A DNA stretch of 64,000 nt from Candidatus Thorarchaeota archaeon (GTDB lineage Archaea; Asgardarchaeota; Thorarchaeia; Thorarchaeales; Thorarchaeaceae). Positions 28,893 through 39,080 of the stretch are shown piece by piece (the stretch's first letter is position 1; the number at the start of each line of letters is the position of its first letter). The position numbers and the translations under genes were made by a program. The notes under the pieces were generated by a model that worked only from the letters and a program-made list of their open reading frames with translations, was not told the DNA's origin and ran no database searches. The DNA is taken from the NCBI GenBank assembly GCA_029855935.1, contig JAGSHN010000019.1:1-64000 (forward strand), read 5' to 3'.

Positions 28893-29801
28893 TCATCGTC
28901 GCGCCATCGCGTACGGCATCCCCTCGCAGATATCGCCGCTGACGAAGTCGACAACCTTCACCTCGCCGTCATCGATCTCTACCTGTGCCACTGCGTCTCG
29001 CGCCAGTGACTCGAAGTCGCCATCAGCAGGTCGTCCGTATCCCAGTGGGACGGTCATTGCAGTGATGCCATCTATGCGGATGAGATTTCGGATGTGGCTG
29101 TGGCCAGAGATGCTCAGTACCACTCTGCCGTCCCTGCGCAGGATCTCGCCTGTGCTGGTGGCGCCCATGAAGGCACTGAAGAAGTCCCATGGGAGTCGGT
29201 TCTTGTAGACGGTGAGTTCTCTGAAGGGGAGGTGGTGCGAGACATAGACCACCCATCTGACCCTCTCTGGTAGCGTCTTGAGGTCGTACTCAAGCTTGCC
29301 ATTGAAGAGCTCGGTGGCCTCCCTATCGGTGAAACTCCAGTCCACATTGAATACGTCGAACCAGACAGCACCCCTGTACTCCTTGCGCCTGTACTGCTCC
29401 TCTGATATGCCCAGCTCAGGTCTTGCAAACGAGTAGTCCGACCATCCGATGCTGCCCACGAAGGCGCCCTCGCCATCGATGTACGGCTCGTCTGGCAGGT
29501 AGTGAAACCCTGTGTTCTTGCAGGCGTCGCCAATCAACCGTGCGTACTTCTCAAGCGAGCCAATCTGTTTCTCGCTCTCGAACCAGATGTCGTGATTGCC
29601 GGGGACAAAGAGTCGCACCGCATCGTCGACTGCAAGGGTTGCCAGCGCCTCCTCAAGAATACTCAGGTCATGACTCAGATCGCCCGCGATCACGAACACA
29701 TCGGGTGCAATGTCCTCCACGCGGTCCTTGATGGCCATCAGGAGCGGCTCGTCCGCTCCTCCTGGGACCACATGGATGTCCGACACGGCGGCAATCTTCA
29801 T
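28893..29801 (-). CDS. Metallophosphoesterase (calcineurin-like)
   Basis: SDIH, AGDL, PGNHD, SHH, GHSH. Confidence 0.93.
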   Translation of the reverse strand: MKIAAVSDIHVVPGGADEPLLMAIKDRVEDIAPDVFVIAGDLSHDLSILEEALATLAVDDAVRLFVPGNHDIWFESEKQIGSLEKYARLIGDACKNTGFHYLPDEPYIDGEGAFVGSIGWSDYSFARPELGISEEQYRRKEYRGAVWFDVFNVDWSFTDREATELFNGKLEYDLKTLPERVRWVVYVSHHLPFRELTVYKNRLPWDFFSAFMGATSTGEILRRDGRVVLSISGHSHIRNLIRIDGITAMTVPLGYGRPADGDFESLARDAVAQVEIDDGEVKVVDFVSGDICEGMPYAMARR

Positions 29802-30014
29802 TGTGAGTCACACCGTATGAGGCCAGCGTTCTTTCACTCACGTTGTCGATTATTAAGATAGCGAAGACGCCACCGCTCTGAGGTCTCTCACCAGTCATCC
29901 TGCAGGTGTGGGCATCCGCGCCACAACGACCTTGCTCGGACCAGAGGGTGCCACCCGAACCTTGATATTCCGTGTTGTATGATTGTCCCGTCACATATCT
30001 CGGGTGATGTGACT

Positions 30015-31670
30015 ATGACCAATCGGATTGAGGCGCAGGCTCTCCCTGATGTTGACCTGTCGGCTGTCAAGACCGTCAGTGACCCTGAGCAGATTGCGGA
30101 CACTTACGCACTCTACCTTGACGACGAGTCGCACTCCTTTGACGGTCGTGCCGAGCGAATACTGTTTCCGACCACTGAGGAAGAGGTCGCGACGATACTC
30201 CGTGAGGCGAATGCCTCAGGCACTCCGGTGACGGTCCAGGGTAACCGCACTGGCCTGACAGGAGCGGCCGTACCGCTTGGCGGCATTGTGATCAATCTTG
30301 AGAAGATGAACAGGCTCCTCTATATGGACTACAATGAGGAGCGTGGAATCTACACTATCGCTGCAGAGCCGGGTCTTCCTCTTGAGGACCTCGTCGATGC
30401 AGTCACCATGAAGCGTCTGGATGCACTGAGGGGCAAGGGTTCGCCTGAACAGCAGGCTGTTCTTGAGAGGTTCCTCAACGAGTCCGCAATGTACACGTTT
30501 CCAGTGGATCCCACAGAGAAGAGTGCCTTCATAGGCGGCATCACAGCGTGCAATGCCTCTGGCGCGAGGACATTCAGGTACGGGGCAGTGCGTGACTGGG
30601 TGTTCCGCATCCGTGTGGTCCTGATGAATGGCGATGTACTTGACATACGTCGTGGCGAGGTCATTGCGCAGGATGGCAAGTTCGAGATAGTGCTCAGTGA
30701 TGGCGGCACAGTGACCATACCCGTTCCTTCATACACGATGCCGAACACGAAGAATGCTGCAGGCCTGTTCGCCCGACCCGATATGGACCTGATTGACCTG
30801 TTTGTTGGCTCAGAGGGCATCCTCGGAGTGATAACACTTGTTGAGCTTGGTCTGGTACCCCTCCCCGAGAACATAATGACCGTGATGGCGTTCTTCCCCT
30901 CCGAGGAGGATGCCGTGGACTTTGTCTACGAGGCACGCGCCCCCGACTCTCCCGTACAGATGGAGTTCCTCGAGTACTTTGGTCCCAACGCACTGAAGAT
31001 AATCCGTGAGAAGGCCAGCGATGCTGGGATAAGGGTCCCAGCCCTGACCGACGAGACACAGGCAATAGTCTTCTTCGAGTTCGCATACACGGAGGAGGAC
31101 ATGGAGGAGAAGATAGTGGCCCTTGAGGAGATGCTCAACAGGCACAACTCCTCTTCCGAGTCCAGCTGGGCAGGCCTCGACCGGACGGAGCTGGAGAAGA
31201 TGAAGACCGTCCGCCACTTCATCCCCGAGACGATAAACGCGACCATTGTGCAGAGAAAGCAGCAGTACCATGAGGTCCACAAGATTGGCACCGACATGGC
31301 CGTTCCCGACGAGGCCCTTCGAGACTATCTAGAGTTCTATCGTCAGGTTCTTGACGAGCAGGGGATGGAGTATGTCATCTTTGGTCATATCGGGAACAAT
31401 CACCTGCACGTCAATATGATACCGCGAAACAACGAGGAGGTCCAGCAGGGCATGGACAACTACATGCTCTTCGCCAAGCGCGCTGTGGAACTCGGCGGGA
31501 CAGTCGCTGCTGAACATGGTATCGGGAAGCTCAAGCGCGAGTTCCTCAAGGTGATGTACGGCGACAAGGGCATTGCCGAGATTCAGGCGGTGAAACGTGC
31601 GCTTGACCCGAAGTGGCTGCTCAATCCCGGCAACATGGTCGAGGTGCCTGCTGACGTCTCAGTGGGCTGA
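30015..31670 (+). CDS. FAD-linked oxidase (GlcD/D-lactate dehydrogenase family)
   Basis: QGNRTGLTG, IGGITACNASG, FVGSEGILG, FGHIGNNHLH, AEHGIGKLK, LNPG. Confidence 0.93.
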   Translation: MTNRIEAQALPDVDLSAVKTVSDPEQIADTYALYLDDESHSFDGRAERILFPTTEEEVATILREANASGTPVTVQGNRTGLTGAAVPLGGIVINLEKMNRLLYMDYNEERGIYTIAAEPGLPLEDLVDAVTMKRLDALRGKGSPEQQAVLERFLNESAMYTFPVDPTEKSAFIGGITACNASGARTFRYGAVRDWVFRIRVVLMNGDVLDIRRGEVIAQDGKFEIVLSDGGTVTIPVPSYTMPNTKNAAGLFARPDMDLIDLFVGSEGILGVITLVELGLVPLPENIMTVMAFFPSEEDAVDFVYEARAPDSPVQMEFLEYFGPNALKIIREKASDAGIRVPALTDETQAIVFFEFAYTEEDMEEKIVALEEMLNRHNSSSESSWAGLDRTELEKMKTVRHFIPETINATIVQRKQQYHEVHKIGTDMAVPDEALRDYLEFYRQVLDEQGMEYVIFGHIGNNHLHVNMIPRNNEEVQQGMDNYMLFAKRAVELGGTVAAEHGIGKLKREFLKVMYGDKGIAEIQAVKRALDPKWLLNPGNMVEVPADVSVG

Positions 31671-32066
31671 CCTCGTCTCACGAACCACTCCGATACAGAT
31701 CTCCTCCACGGTTCTCATCTTGAGGCACAGCTCCTCATCCTCCTGACAGACTCGATCCCTGTCCTTGATACCCATCCCTCTCCAGAACTCCTCGGCGACC
31801 TGCCGGAACTCTCGATGGTCAGACGAGCCTGTCCTCTCATTCTGAACACGAGGCCGCGTCTGTCTGTGCGCCTCCAGAGACTGCGTGAGCATTCTCACAA
31901 GATCATCAACCGATGCCTTTCGCACTCTTACACGACCCCAGTAGTCACACATCGCTCCTCTGCAGGGGCCTCTGACCATGACGCACCAGTTCACTGTCTC
32001 ATCACTCTCTCCCGTCACTGATTGTCGTTGCTGCCGAGCGCGGAGAGCGTGGTCCTCGCTGGCCAC
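31659..32066 (-). CDS. Hypothetical Cys-containing protein
   Basis: WCVMVRGPCRGAMCDYW motif. Confidence 0.55.
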   Translation of the reverse strand: MASEDHALRARQQRQSVTGESDETVNWCVMVRGPCRGAMCDYWGRVRVRKASVDDLVRMLTQSLEAHRQTRPRVQNERTGSSDHREFRQVAEEFWRGMGIKDRDRVCQEDEELCLKMRTVEEICIGVVRETRSAH

Positions 32067-32157
32067 ATCTCTGCTCGAGTGACCACCTTGTGACCACTCA
32101 CGCGCCCCTGCTCTGCAATGACTTCTCTTAAGATCTCAGGTGAGGATACGTCTCATC

Positions 32158-32928
32158 TCACATCTCACTATCGCTGGGTGGTGTCCATCCCTCTATCTTG
32201 GGGATATTGTGGACCAGCATGGCCTCCCGAGCAAGAGTAGCGAGCTTTTTCGCCTCGTCGACAGTCATATGCACTCGCGGTCCCGCCCTCGGCGCGGTCT
32301 CTCGTGTCGCCTCGATCACCGCGAGGTCAGCATCGCGGACCATCTTCTCCACACTCTCGCACATCCTCGTGTCGCCGGTGTAGGCTATCACGGTCGTGCC
32401 CACTCTGACGCGGTATCCAAGCGCTGGCATCGGGTTGTCCTGCCCGGTGGTGTTCTCCAGTCCCCAGTGCTCCACTTCGATGGCCTCAATCTTGAAGAAG
32501 TCGGTGTCGAAGCCAGTGCCACTGCCCACCTCGTGGATGAATATCCTGTAGGGGATTGTCTCCGAGTATGCCCGACGGAAGGCGGTCACGACGGCAGGGA
32601 CCTCTACACACCCCGCGGGGACAAGGATGTTCAGAGGCTCCGTTCGGTGCATCATTCTCAGGAAGCCGAGCAGCGCATAGATCCCGCCCATATGGTCAAA
32701 GTGTCCGTGAGTGATGGCTATCACGTCAATGTCCTCTACAAAGTCGAGACTGCCTGCTGACAGCAGGTCCCTGAGAACACCGTCGCCAGCGTCGAGCAGC
32801 ATTATCTTTCCTGTGAACTTGGATATCACGATCACCGACGAGCTGACGCCCGCCTGACTGTATCTGACCTCAACTCTCGCCTCGGGATTCTCCCACGTTC
32901 GATGCGATTCCACAGACTGAGATGTCAT
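32158..32928 (-). CDS. MBL-fold hydrolase (RNase Z-like)
   Basis: LLDAGDG, THGHFDH, YTGDT, IEAT...HMT. Confidence 0.9.
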   Translation of the reverse strand: MTSQSVESHRTWENPEARVEVRYSQAGVSSSVIVISKFTGKIMLLDAGDGVLRDLLSAGSLDFVEDIDVIAITHGHFDHMGGIYALLGFLRMMHRTEPLNILVPAGCVEVPAVVTAFRRAYSETIPYRIFIHEVGSGTGFDTDFFKIEAIEVEHWGLENTTGQDNPMPALGYRVRVGTTVIAYTGDTRMCESVEKMVRDADLAVIEATRETAPRAGPRVHMTVDEAKKLATLAREAMLVHNIPKIEGWTPPSDSEM

Positions 32929-33140
32929 CTCTTCTCGCTTCTGCCAGCGTTTCCGCGGCTTATAATCGTGAGGATATGCTGTATCACTGCCGACACATCA
33001 TCGGGACTTGCCCCGAACCATCCCTCTCTCATTCTCCACCTGTCCCTGTCTGCGGTGGGGAGCAAGGGCTGAGTGAGGTGGCAGCACGGACATTGATGCT
33101 ACGCGCTGCCTCTCTTCTCGTCGGACTGGCTGATCTTGGA

Positions 33141-34376
33141 CTACCCCTTGTCCTCCTTGTATCCCATCTCGGGGACTCTGGCCAGCCAGTTCATACAGCC
33201 AGCGACAACAACGGAGATCACCAGGCCTGCGGTCGTCGTGAGGAATATGTCGATGAGCGAGGGTGTCGCATAACCGAGGATCTGCAGCCACGAGAAGTAC
33301 GTCCCAGCCAGCGCCATTCCCGAGGTCGCGACCTTGTTCAGTGGGACCTTGACACTGCGTGTCTGGAACACCCTCAGCTCTGTGAGAGCGGCTGCGAGCG
33401 CACCGCCCTTGTCCCTTGGAAGCCTCACCTTCTTGGAGAATCTCTTGACGGTCATCTTCGACTTGGGCCTCATCACACGTAGGGCCTGTGGGACCTTCTC
33501 GGCGAGTTGCTCAGCAAACAGTGCTCTGGCGTCCGTCTCGGTGATACCGCACTTCTTGCACGAGTCGCCCTCCTTGGGCCACTTCTTGCCACACTTTGGA
33601 CAGCGCCGGTGGTCCCACAGCTGCCCCGCAATCTCCTTGACGCGTCTCTTCAGCTCCTCAGGATCGACCTTCTCGTCCTTCTTGGGACGGCGTCTGAGGA
33701 CCACTTGGGCGGGGAAGACCTTTACTCCCAAGGGAGTCTCGCCACCGCGCATTCTGCGTGCTGACAGAATTCCGCGCTGGAACTCGTCGAGTGCGAACAG
33801 GAGGCCAAAGACGGACAGCACCGTAAACAGGAGCGTGAGGGCTCCGGAGACAGTCAGTAGTGATGCCAGACCTGTCTGGCCTATATGAATCACAAAGTCA
33901 TCAGAGATGGTGACATTGGTGTCGGGGGTGGTGACTAGAGAGTACGTGAATGAGATGTATCCGTCGACAGTTCCGGAGAACAGACTGATGCCCCCGGCAC
34001 CGAGCGCCTGCGCCAGCGAGATGCTCGTGTTGAGCAGATGGGCTGTCGTATTAGAGGGCACAGGCATATTGAAGTCGAACGGCTGGTCAATGAAGGCAAT
34101 CGACAGGTAGCGCATCACCAGTTGGCCCGACTTCAGAATGATGTCCTCTCCCGTGTTGATGGTGAGATTGAGTGTCAGGGTTGCGTTGGGCGTCACCTGA
34201 ATGGGTGTCGTGATGTTGGAGTCTGCCACAGATATACCGTTTATCTCGAAGAGAAACGCCAGTTCGTCGTTTCCGCTCCAGTGGGCCGGCTGGGCTCCAG
34301 CAGGGATGACAAACAGCACTGCGACCGACAGACTCAGAAGAGTGAATGACAGAAGGCTATACCTCTTTCTTCTCAG
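33141..34376 (-). CDS. Membrane protein with extracellular beta domain and cytoplasmic Zn ribbon
   Basis: Signal peptide LRRKRYSLLSF... begins at CTG 34376 after GAGGAGAGG; CPKCG...CKKCG; TM helices. Confidence 0.75.
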   Translation of the reverse strand: MRRKRYSLLSFTLLSLSVAVLFVIPAGAQPAHWSGNDELAFLFEINGISVADSNITTPIQVTPNATLTLNLTINTGEDIILKSGQLVMRYLSIAFIDQPFDFNMPVPSNTTAHLLNTSISLAQALGAGGISLFSGTVDGYISFTYSLVTTPDTNVTISDDFVIHIGQTGLASLLTVSGALTLLFTVLSVFGLLFALDEFQRGILSARRMRGGETPLGVKVFPAQVVLRRRPKKDEKVDPEELKRRVKEIAGQLWDHRRCPKCGKKWPKEGDSCKKCGITETDARALFAEQLAEKVPQALRVMRPKSKMTVKRFSKKVRLPRDKGGALAAALTELRVFQTRSVKVPLNKVATSGMALAGTYFSWLQILGYATPSLIDIFLTTTAGLVISVVVAGCMNWLARVPEMGYKEDKG

Positions 34377-34460
34377 CGTGATCCTCTCCTCAGAGGTACT
34401 CGCTGCGGTATAATCTCTCTGCCCATAAATGATTGGGCGACGTACCGAGAGGTTGTCAGA

Positions 34461-34625
34461 CTACCTGACTTCCATCGGCACGCCACAGTGTACCGGGATA
34501 TCCTGATGGCCGCACTCAGCGCCCATCCAACATACGAGCTGTTCGCCCTCCACATGCATCTCCTTTCCACAATGCATTGGGACGGGCTCCTCGTGACCGC
34601 ATTTGACGCACACAAGCTTTGCCAT
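34461..34625 (-). CDS. Small duplicated metal-binding protein (desulforedoxin/rubredoxin-like), 54 aa
   Basis: LVCVKCGH..PVPMHCGKEM repeated as LVCWMGAECGH..IPVHCGVPM. Confidence 0.8.
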   Translation of the reverse strand: MAKLVCVKCGHEEPVPMHCGKEMHVEGEQLVCWMGAECGHQDIPVHCGVPMEVR

Positions 34626-34702
34626 ATGTTTCACCGTGTAACTTTGCGCCCCGCACCTATTGACCCTTTTGCATGAGGCATCGCTCTCTTCACTGCCGAC
34701 GC

Positions 34703-36025
34703 TCACAGGTCCTTGGGACGGTACTTGTTCGGATCCTCCGCAAACACCTTCTCAGCCGTCTTGTGGGCACCCGGTGTGTCGAGCTCGATGTCACGCTTGG
34801 TGCTGCGGTCTGCGGACAATATCTCATGGCACACCTCGCTCTGGATGATCAGACGCTGTACCTCATTGCTGCCGGTCCAGATGATGCCCAGTCGGGCGTC
34901 ACGGAACAGCCTCTCGATGGGGTAGACATCGGTGTATCCTATCCCGCCCAGTATCTGCATTGCCTCGTTCACCGCTCGGAAGCCAGCCTCTGTACAGAAG
35001 ACCTTCGCCTGAGAGACCTCCTTGCGGCACCATCGACCTGTGTCGGCAACTCTTGCAGCACGGTAGACCAGCGCCCTCCCCGCATCAAGGAGCGTGGCAC
35101 AGTCTGCAATCTTGAAGCTGATTCCCTCGAATCTCCTGATGGCCTTGCCGAAGGCCTCTCTCTTGTCGGCATACCTGACAGCAATCTCGAGTGCGGCCTG
35201 TCCCATCCCGAGTGGTCCTGCTGCTGATGTCAGACGTTCAGGCACCATCATCGCATTGAAGACATCTGCGCCGCCGTTCAGCTTGCCGACAAGGTTTTCC
35301 TCCGGTACTCTGACATCCTTCAGGACGATACGCGCTGCTCCCATCCCACGACAGCCAAGGAGTTCATACTCCTCCTCGACACGCACGCCGGCATCACGGT
35401 CAACCAGGAAGGCACTCAAAGACTTGTGCGGTGGGGCCTCAAAGTCCGTCTTCGCATATATCAGAAAGTAGTCGGCACCGACGCCGCCAGCGACGAATCT
35501 CTTCTCCCCGTTGATGACATACTCATCTCCGCGTCTCACTGCGGTTGTGATTGTACCGAAGAAGTCCGAGCCGCTGCGTGGCTCGGTCAGGCCCTCTGCA
35601 CAGATCTTGTCCCCCCGGAGGGTTGGAAGAAGGTACTCCTCCTTCTGCCTGCGTGTACCGAACTTGTTGATGGCCTCTCCGACAATGCTGGGTAATGAGT
35701 AGGCGCAGCTCAGTGCAATGCCCAGCACGCCGACCTCCTCAACAGCCAACATCTCGGCGACCCAGCCCAGTCCGCGACCGCCGAACTCCTCTGGAAACCT
35801 CAGTCCGAGGAGGTTGGCCTCTCCTGCAGCCCTGACGAACTCGTAGGGATACTCCTTCTCGCGGCTGTCCATCTTCAGGATGAGCGACCGGTCCACCTTG
35901 TCACGGACGAAGGCGCGCACCTCGTCCCTGATGGCCTTCTCTTCTGGAGTGAGCAACTCGTCGAACAATCTTTCCACCTCGGGTCTGTTGATTCTACTCC
36001 AGAACCGTTTGGTCGCGGCAGGCAA
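34703..36025 (-). CDS. Acyl-CoA dehydrogenase
   Basis: GLTEPRSGSD, INGEKRF, REAFGKAI, AMQILGGIGY, IWTGSNEVQR. Confidence 0.96.
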   Translation of the reverse strand: MPAATKRFWSRINRPEVERLFDELLTPEEKAIRDEVRAFVRDKVDRSLILKMDSREKEYPYEFVRAAGEANLLGLRFPEEFGGRGLGWVAEMLAVEEVGVLGIALSCAYSLPSIVGEAINKFGTRRQKEEYLLPTLRGDKICAEGLTEPRSGSDFFGTITTAVRRGDEYVINGEKRFVAGGVGADYFLIYAKTDFEAPPHKSLSAFLVDRDAGVRVEEEYELLGCRGMGAARIVLKDVRVPEENLVGKLNGGADVFNAMMVPERLTSAAGPLGMGQAALEIAVRYADKREAFGKAIRRFEGISFKIADCATLLDAGRALVYRAARVADTGRWCRKEVSQAKVFCTEAGFRAVNEAMQILGGIGYTDVYPIERLFRDARLGIIWTGSNEVQRLIIQSEVCHEILSADRSTKRDIELDTPGAHKTAEKVFAEDPNKYRPKDL

Positions 36026-36107
36026 TAAGAGGTGTCACTGGTGCTTGGCGGAAGGTGATCTCTTCCTCGTTCCGTGACGGTAATACTCCCCTATGACATC
36101 GCCGCCA

Positions 36108-36455
36108 TCAGTCATTGCTGTGAAGCAGCGCCTCAAGGGTCTCGGGCGATCCACCACTCCTCTCCACGTGAAGGGCCTCCACCGGGCAGACCATCTCACA
36201 GGCATAGCAGAGAATGCACTCCTCCTCCCTCTCAGGATCCACCACGGGGAGTCCATCATCGGTCCTGTCGACTTTGAAGACACTCACGGGACACACAGGG
36301 ATACATCTCATACACCCCGTACACGAGGTCCAGTGAACACCGACTCGTGTGCCGTGGATGACTTCCCCAACGTGGTCCCTGCTGGACCATACGCTGTGAC
36401 CAGCATGTGTTCCGACCGGTCTCCAAGTGCTCCTGAAGGAGCGGTCTATGGGCAT
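36108..36455 (-). CDS. 2[4Fe-4S] ferredoxin with N-terminal extension
   Basis: CTGCMRCIPVCP and CILCYACEMVCP. Confidence 0.9.
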   Translation of the reverse strand: MPIDRSFRSTWRPVGTHAGHSVWSSRDHVGEVIHGTRVGVHWTSCTGCMRCIPVCPVSVFKVDRTDDGLPVVDPEREEECILCYACEMVCPVEALHVERSGGSPETLEALLHSND

Positions 36456-36506
36456 TGCACGAGCGCCTCCGTCACCCCGTATCCACTGCACCAGGCCCGC
36501 AACTGG

Positions 36507-37637
36507 CTACTGCAATGCCTGTGTCAGAACATCTTCCACCATGAATTCTCTGTCGGTACGCCACCTGTGGTTCTCCTCGTCCAAGGTCTGTGACCATATG
36601 TAGAATATGTAGCTGTGTGTGTAGTCCATCAGGAACACGGACATCTCAGTCAGCAGCGAGTAGAGGCTCGACAGCAGTGGCGATAGATGTGATGGCTGGA
36701 GTCGGACGAACCAAAAGAGCTCATCTCCACTGACACGCATTGTGGACTCGAAGGGTATGGGACGGGCCTGCAGTCTTGACCAGAGGTCGAGCAGTTCGTC
36801 TGGATCGCCTCTCCCGACGACTATGATGTTGCTGTAGATGTCGAACGCCTCTGGGTCAAAGGCGACCCTATATCCCTCGATGCACTCCTCTCTGAGCATC
36901 CTGAGTCGTCGACTGAAGGTGGTCGGCGTGATGTCTACTCCGCGCCGTCGCAGAGCGTCTATGATCTCCACATTCTTCCGTCTGGCGTTCTTCATCAGCT
37001 CATAGAGTATCTCAAGATCCCTCTGAGTCAGCCACTCTAGTGCAACGCCCGAATCGCCCGTGGGGCTCTCCTGAGGCGGGGCCATCACGTCGGTCTGGAA
37101 CCAGTTCGCCCAGTCAAAATCCCATCTCATCGACTCTGGGTCCCAGCCATCTATTTTCAGCGACGTGTAGATTGTGGGTTCGTTGGCCACCACGAACTGC
37201 GCCCTCTCGACGACTCCAGCCTGCTGCAGTAGTCTCACAAGCCCTCTGACCTGTGATGAGGTGCCGAGGGGCACTCTGAACTGCAGGAACACGCCATTGA
37301 ATGCGCCATAGCATCTGCATCTGTACGCGGTGTACGGATGCACCCTGGCAACTCTCTCAAGGACTGTCGTTGCCTCCGGCCCAGTCGCCTCCAGCAGAAC
37401 GTCGGTGGCCTCAAGACCGAGGTTGTGATTGTTCAGTAACGGGTTGACCGTGAAGTATCTCTTCCCTCCCTCCTCACCACTGAGAAGACGTAGCCTCCTC
37501 AGTGCTGTCGGCTTGGAGACACCAATCCTGGTTGCAAGTTCCTCGATTGTCGCCAGGGGCCTCTCCTGGAGGGCAATCAGTAGCGAGAGATACTGCGCCG
37601 TCAGGCCAGCCACCAGACTCACGGCTCCCCCCTTCAC
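36507..37637 (-). CDS. Double winged-HTH (Lrp/AsnC-like) regulator, module 1
   Basis: ATIEELATRIGVSKPTALRRL; second HTH DLEILYELMKNARR...TTFSRRL. Confidence 0.85.
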   Translation of the reverse strand: MKGGAVSLVAGLTAQYLSLLIALQERPLATIEELATRIGVSKPTALRRLRLLSGEEGGKRYFTVNPLLNNHNLGLEATDVLLEATGPEATTVLERVARVHPYTAYRCRCYGAFNGVFLQFRVPLGTSSQVRGLVRLLQQAGVVERAQFVVANEPTIYTSLKIDGWDPESMRWDFDWANWFQTDVMAPPQESPTGDSGVALEWLTQRDLEILYELMKNARRKNVEIIDALRRRGVDITPTTFSRRLRMLREECIEGYRVAFDPEAFDIYSNIIVVGRGDPDELLDLWSRLQARPIPFESTMRVSGDELFWFVRLQPSHLSPLLSSLYSLLTEMSVFLMDYTHSYIFYIWSQTLDEENHRWRTDREFMVEDVLTQALQ

Positions 37638-37657
37638 TTGGTCGACTCAGAGAGGGC

Positions 37658-38164
37658 CTATGGTGTGGCGGTGAACGAGAGCACCTCTGCAAGCGGAGGC
37701 CCTGGATTACCCTCTGTCGGCGGGTCGAATGCGAGTGAGTCGGCTGACCAGTATGTCGTCTGCCCGCACTCTATCTCGGTGTAGACGAGAAACCTGTACC
37801 AGCCGGGTTCGGTGATGACATTATACCATCCGACGTTGAGATGTACGTGCCTGTAGGTCCCCACAATTGTCACAATGAAGAGATAGGCATCACCAGACGG
37901 TAGGACAAGATAACAGTAGACATCCGTGAGCGTGAAACACGCCGGGCAATAGACCTCGATGAACAGGCCTGTCACGGCGTCGTCCCTCACACCATCTGCA
38001 TCGAGGTCAACATACTCTCCTCTCTCTGCAATCACGTTGAACCACGTGGCCCTGCAGGAGCGTCTTCCCGCAGCACTGGCTGGGGTAACGAACGACACAG
38101 ATGCCACGACAATCATGACGAGGAGCAACAGCCTTGTTGTGCGACTAATCATATGAGCAGTCAC
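37658..38164 (-). CDS. Secreted beta-sandwich protein with DxDxD motif, module 1
   Basis: Signal peptide; DLDADGVRDD, LPSG, TEPGWY, FDPP. Confidence 0.75.
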   Translation of the reverse strand: MTAHMISRTTRLLLLVMIVVASVSFVTPASAAGRRSCRATWFNVIAERGEYVDLDADGVRDDAVTGLFIEVYCPACFTLTDVYCYLVLPSGDAYLFIVTIVGTYRHVHLNVGWYNVITEPGWYRFLVYTEIECGQTTYWSADSLAFDPPTEGNPGPPLAEVLSFTATP

Positions 38165-38267
38165 TCCGTACCACCGAATGGACGGCGACTTTTATCTCTA
38201 TTGACCCTCTCTGGCCCGCCAGCCATTGGCTCATACGTTGACTGGGCCGCTGTGTATAGTTCCCTGG

Positions 38268-39032
38268 TCAGCTCTCCATTCTCCGCGCCACGACAACAAT
38301 TGACCGATGCTGTCTCTCGTCCAGCTCCCTCCCGTCATAGCCACCGTTCCAGCTGGTGGGGGCGAGGCCCGCCTCTCTCAGTGCGGCGTTCAGTATCTCT
38401 CTGTTGAGATGCAACACACTCTGAGTGCGGACTGTGGTGGCCCACTCATCGTCCTGTCCGATGATCCCCGTCATCACAAGAGTGGACCTGCTCTCTGCTG
38501 GCCAGTGTTCGAAGAATCTGGCAAACACGACTGTACGACCGTCGGACATCTGGCCGTGGGTGAGCGGGAAGAACCTGAATCCGCTCTCCAGCACCTCCCG
38601 AGAGTTCAGAACTTGGATCACGACCCTGCCGTTCGCTGCAAGGACGCTGGCCATTCCCCGCAGTGTATCAATCACCTCGGCGCGACTAGAGAGTAGTGAC
38701 AACGAATTGCCCAGGCATATCACGAGGTCTGCCCTGACGTCCATCTCTCCGACATTCCGCATGTCCATCACATTGAACTCTAGGTCGACATTGTGTTCAG
38801 AGGCAAGTTGACGGGCCTGCTCAATCATCTGTGAACTGATGTCGATGCCCACGCCACGATGGCCGTGTTCTGCAAGAGCAACAAGGTGTCTCCCGCTTCC
38901 GCAGGCGATATCGAGGACGAGGCCGTCCTCCGGCGGGAGATGCTGTAACAGAAACGGTATCTCGCGTCCGAGTCGTGCCTCCCAGTCAATAGCCCGGTCG
39001 TAGGCCAGTGCCACCTCATCAAACTCTGTCAG
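38268..39032 (-). CDS. Class I SAM-dependent methyltransferase
   Basis: VLDIACGSG, GIDIS, ICLGNS; probable CTG start at 39032 after GGAGGAGG. Confidence 0.92.
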   Translation of the reverse strand: MTEFDEVALAYDRAIDWEARLGREIPFLLQHLPPEDGLVLDIACGSGRHLVALAEHGHRGVGIDISSQMIEQARQLASEHNVDLEFNVMDMRNVGEMDVRADLVICLGNSLSLLSSRAEVIDTLRGMASVLAANGRVVIQVLNSREVLESGFRFFPLTHGQMSDGRTVVFARFFEHWPAESRSTLVMTGIIGQDDEWATTVRTQSVLHLNREILNAALREAGLAPTSWNGGYDGRELDERQHRSIVVVARRMES

Positions 39033-39080
39033 TGTGGTCCTCCTCCAATTCCGAACTGGTCAGGGCGAGCGTCTGGCCGC

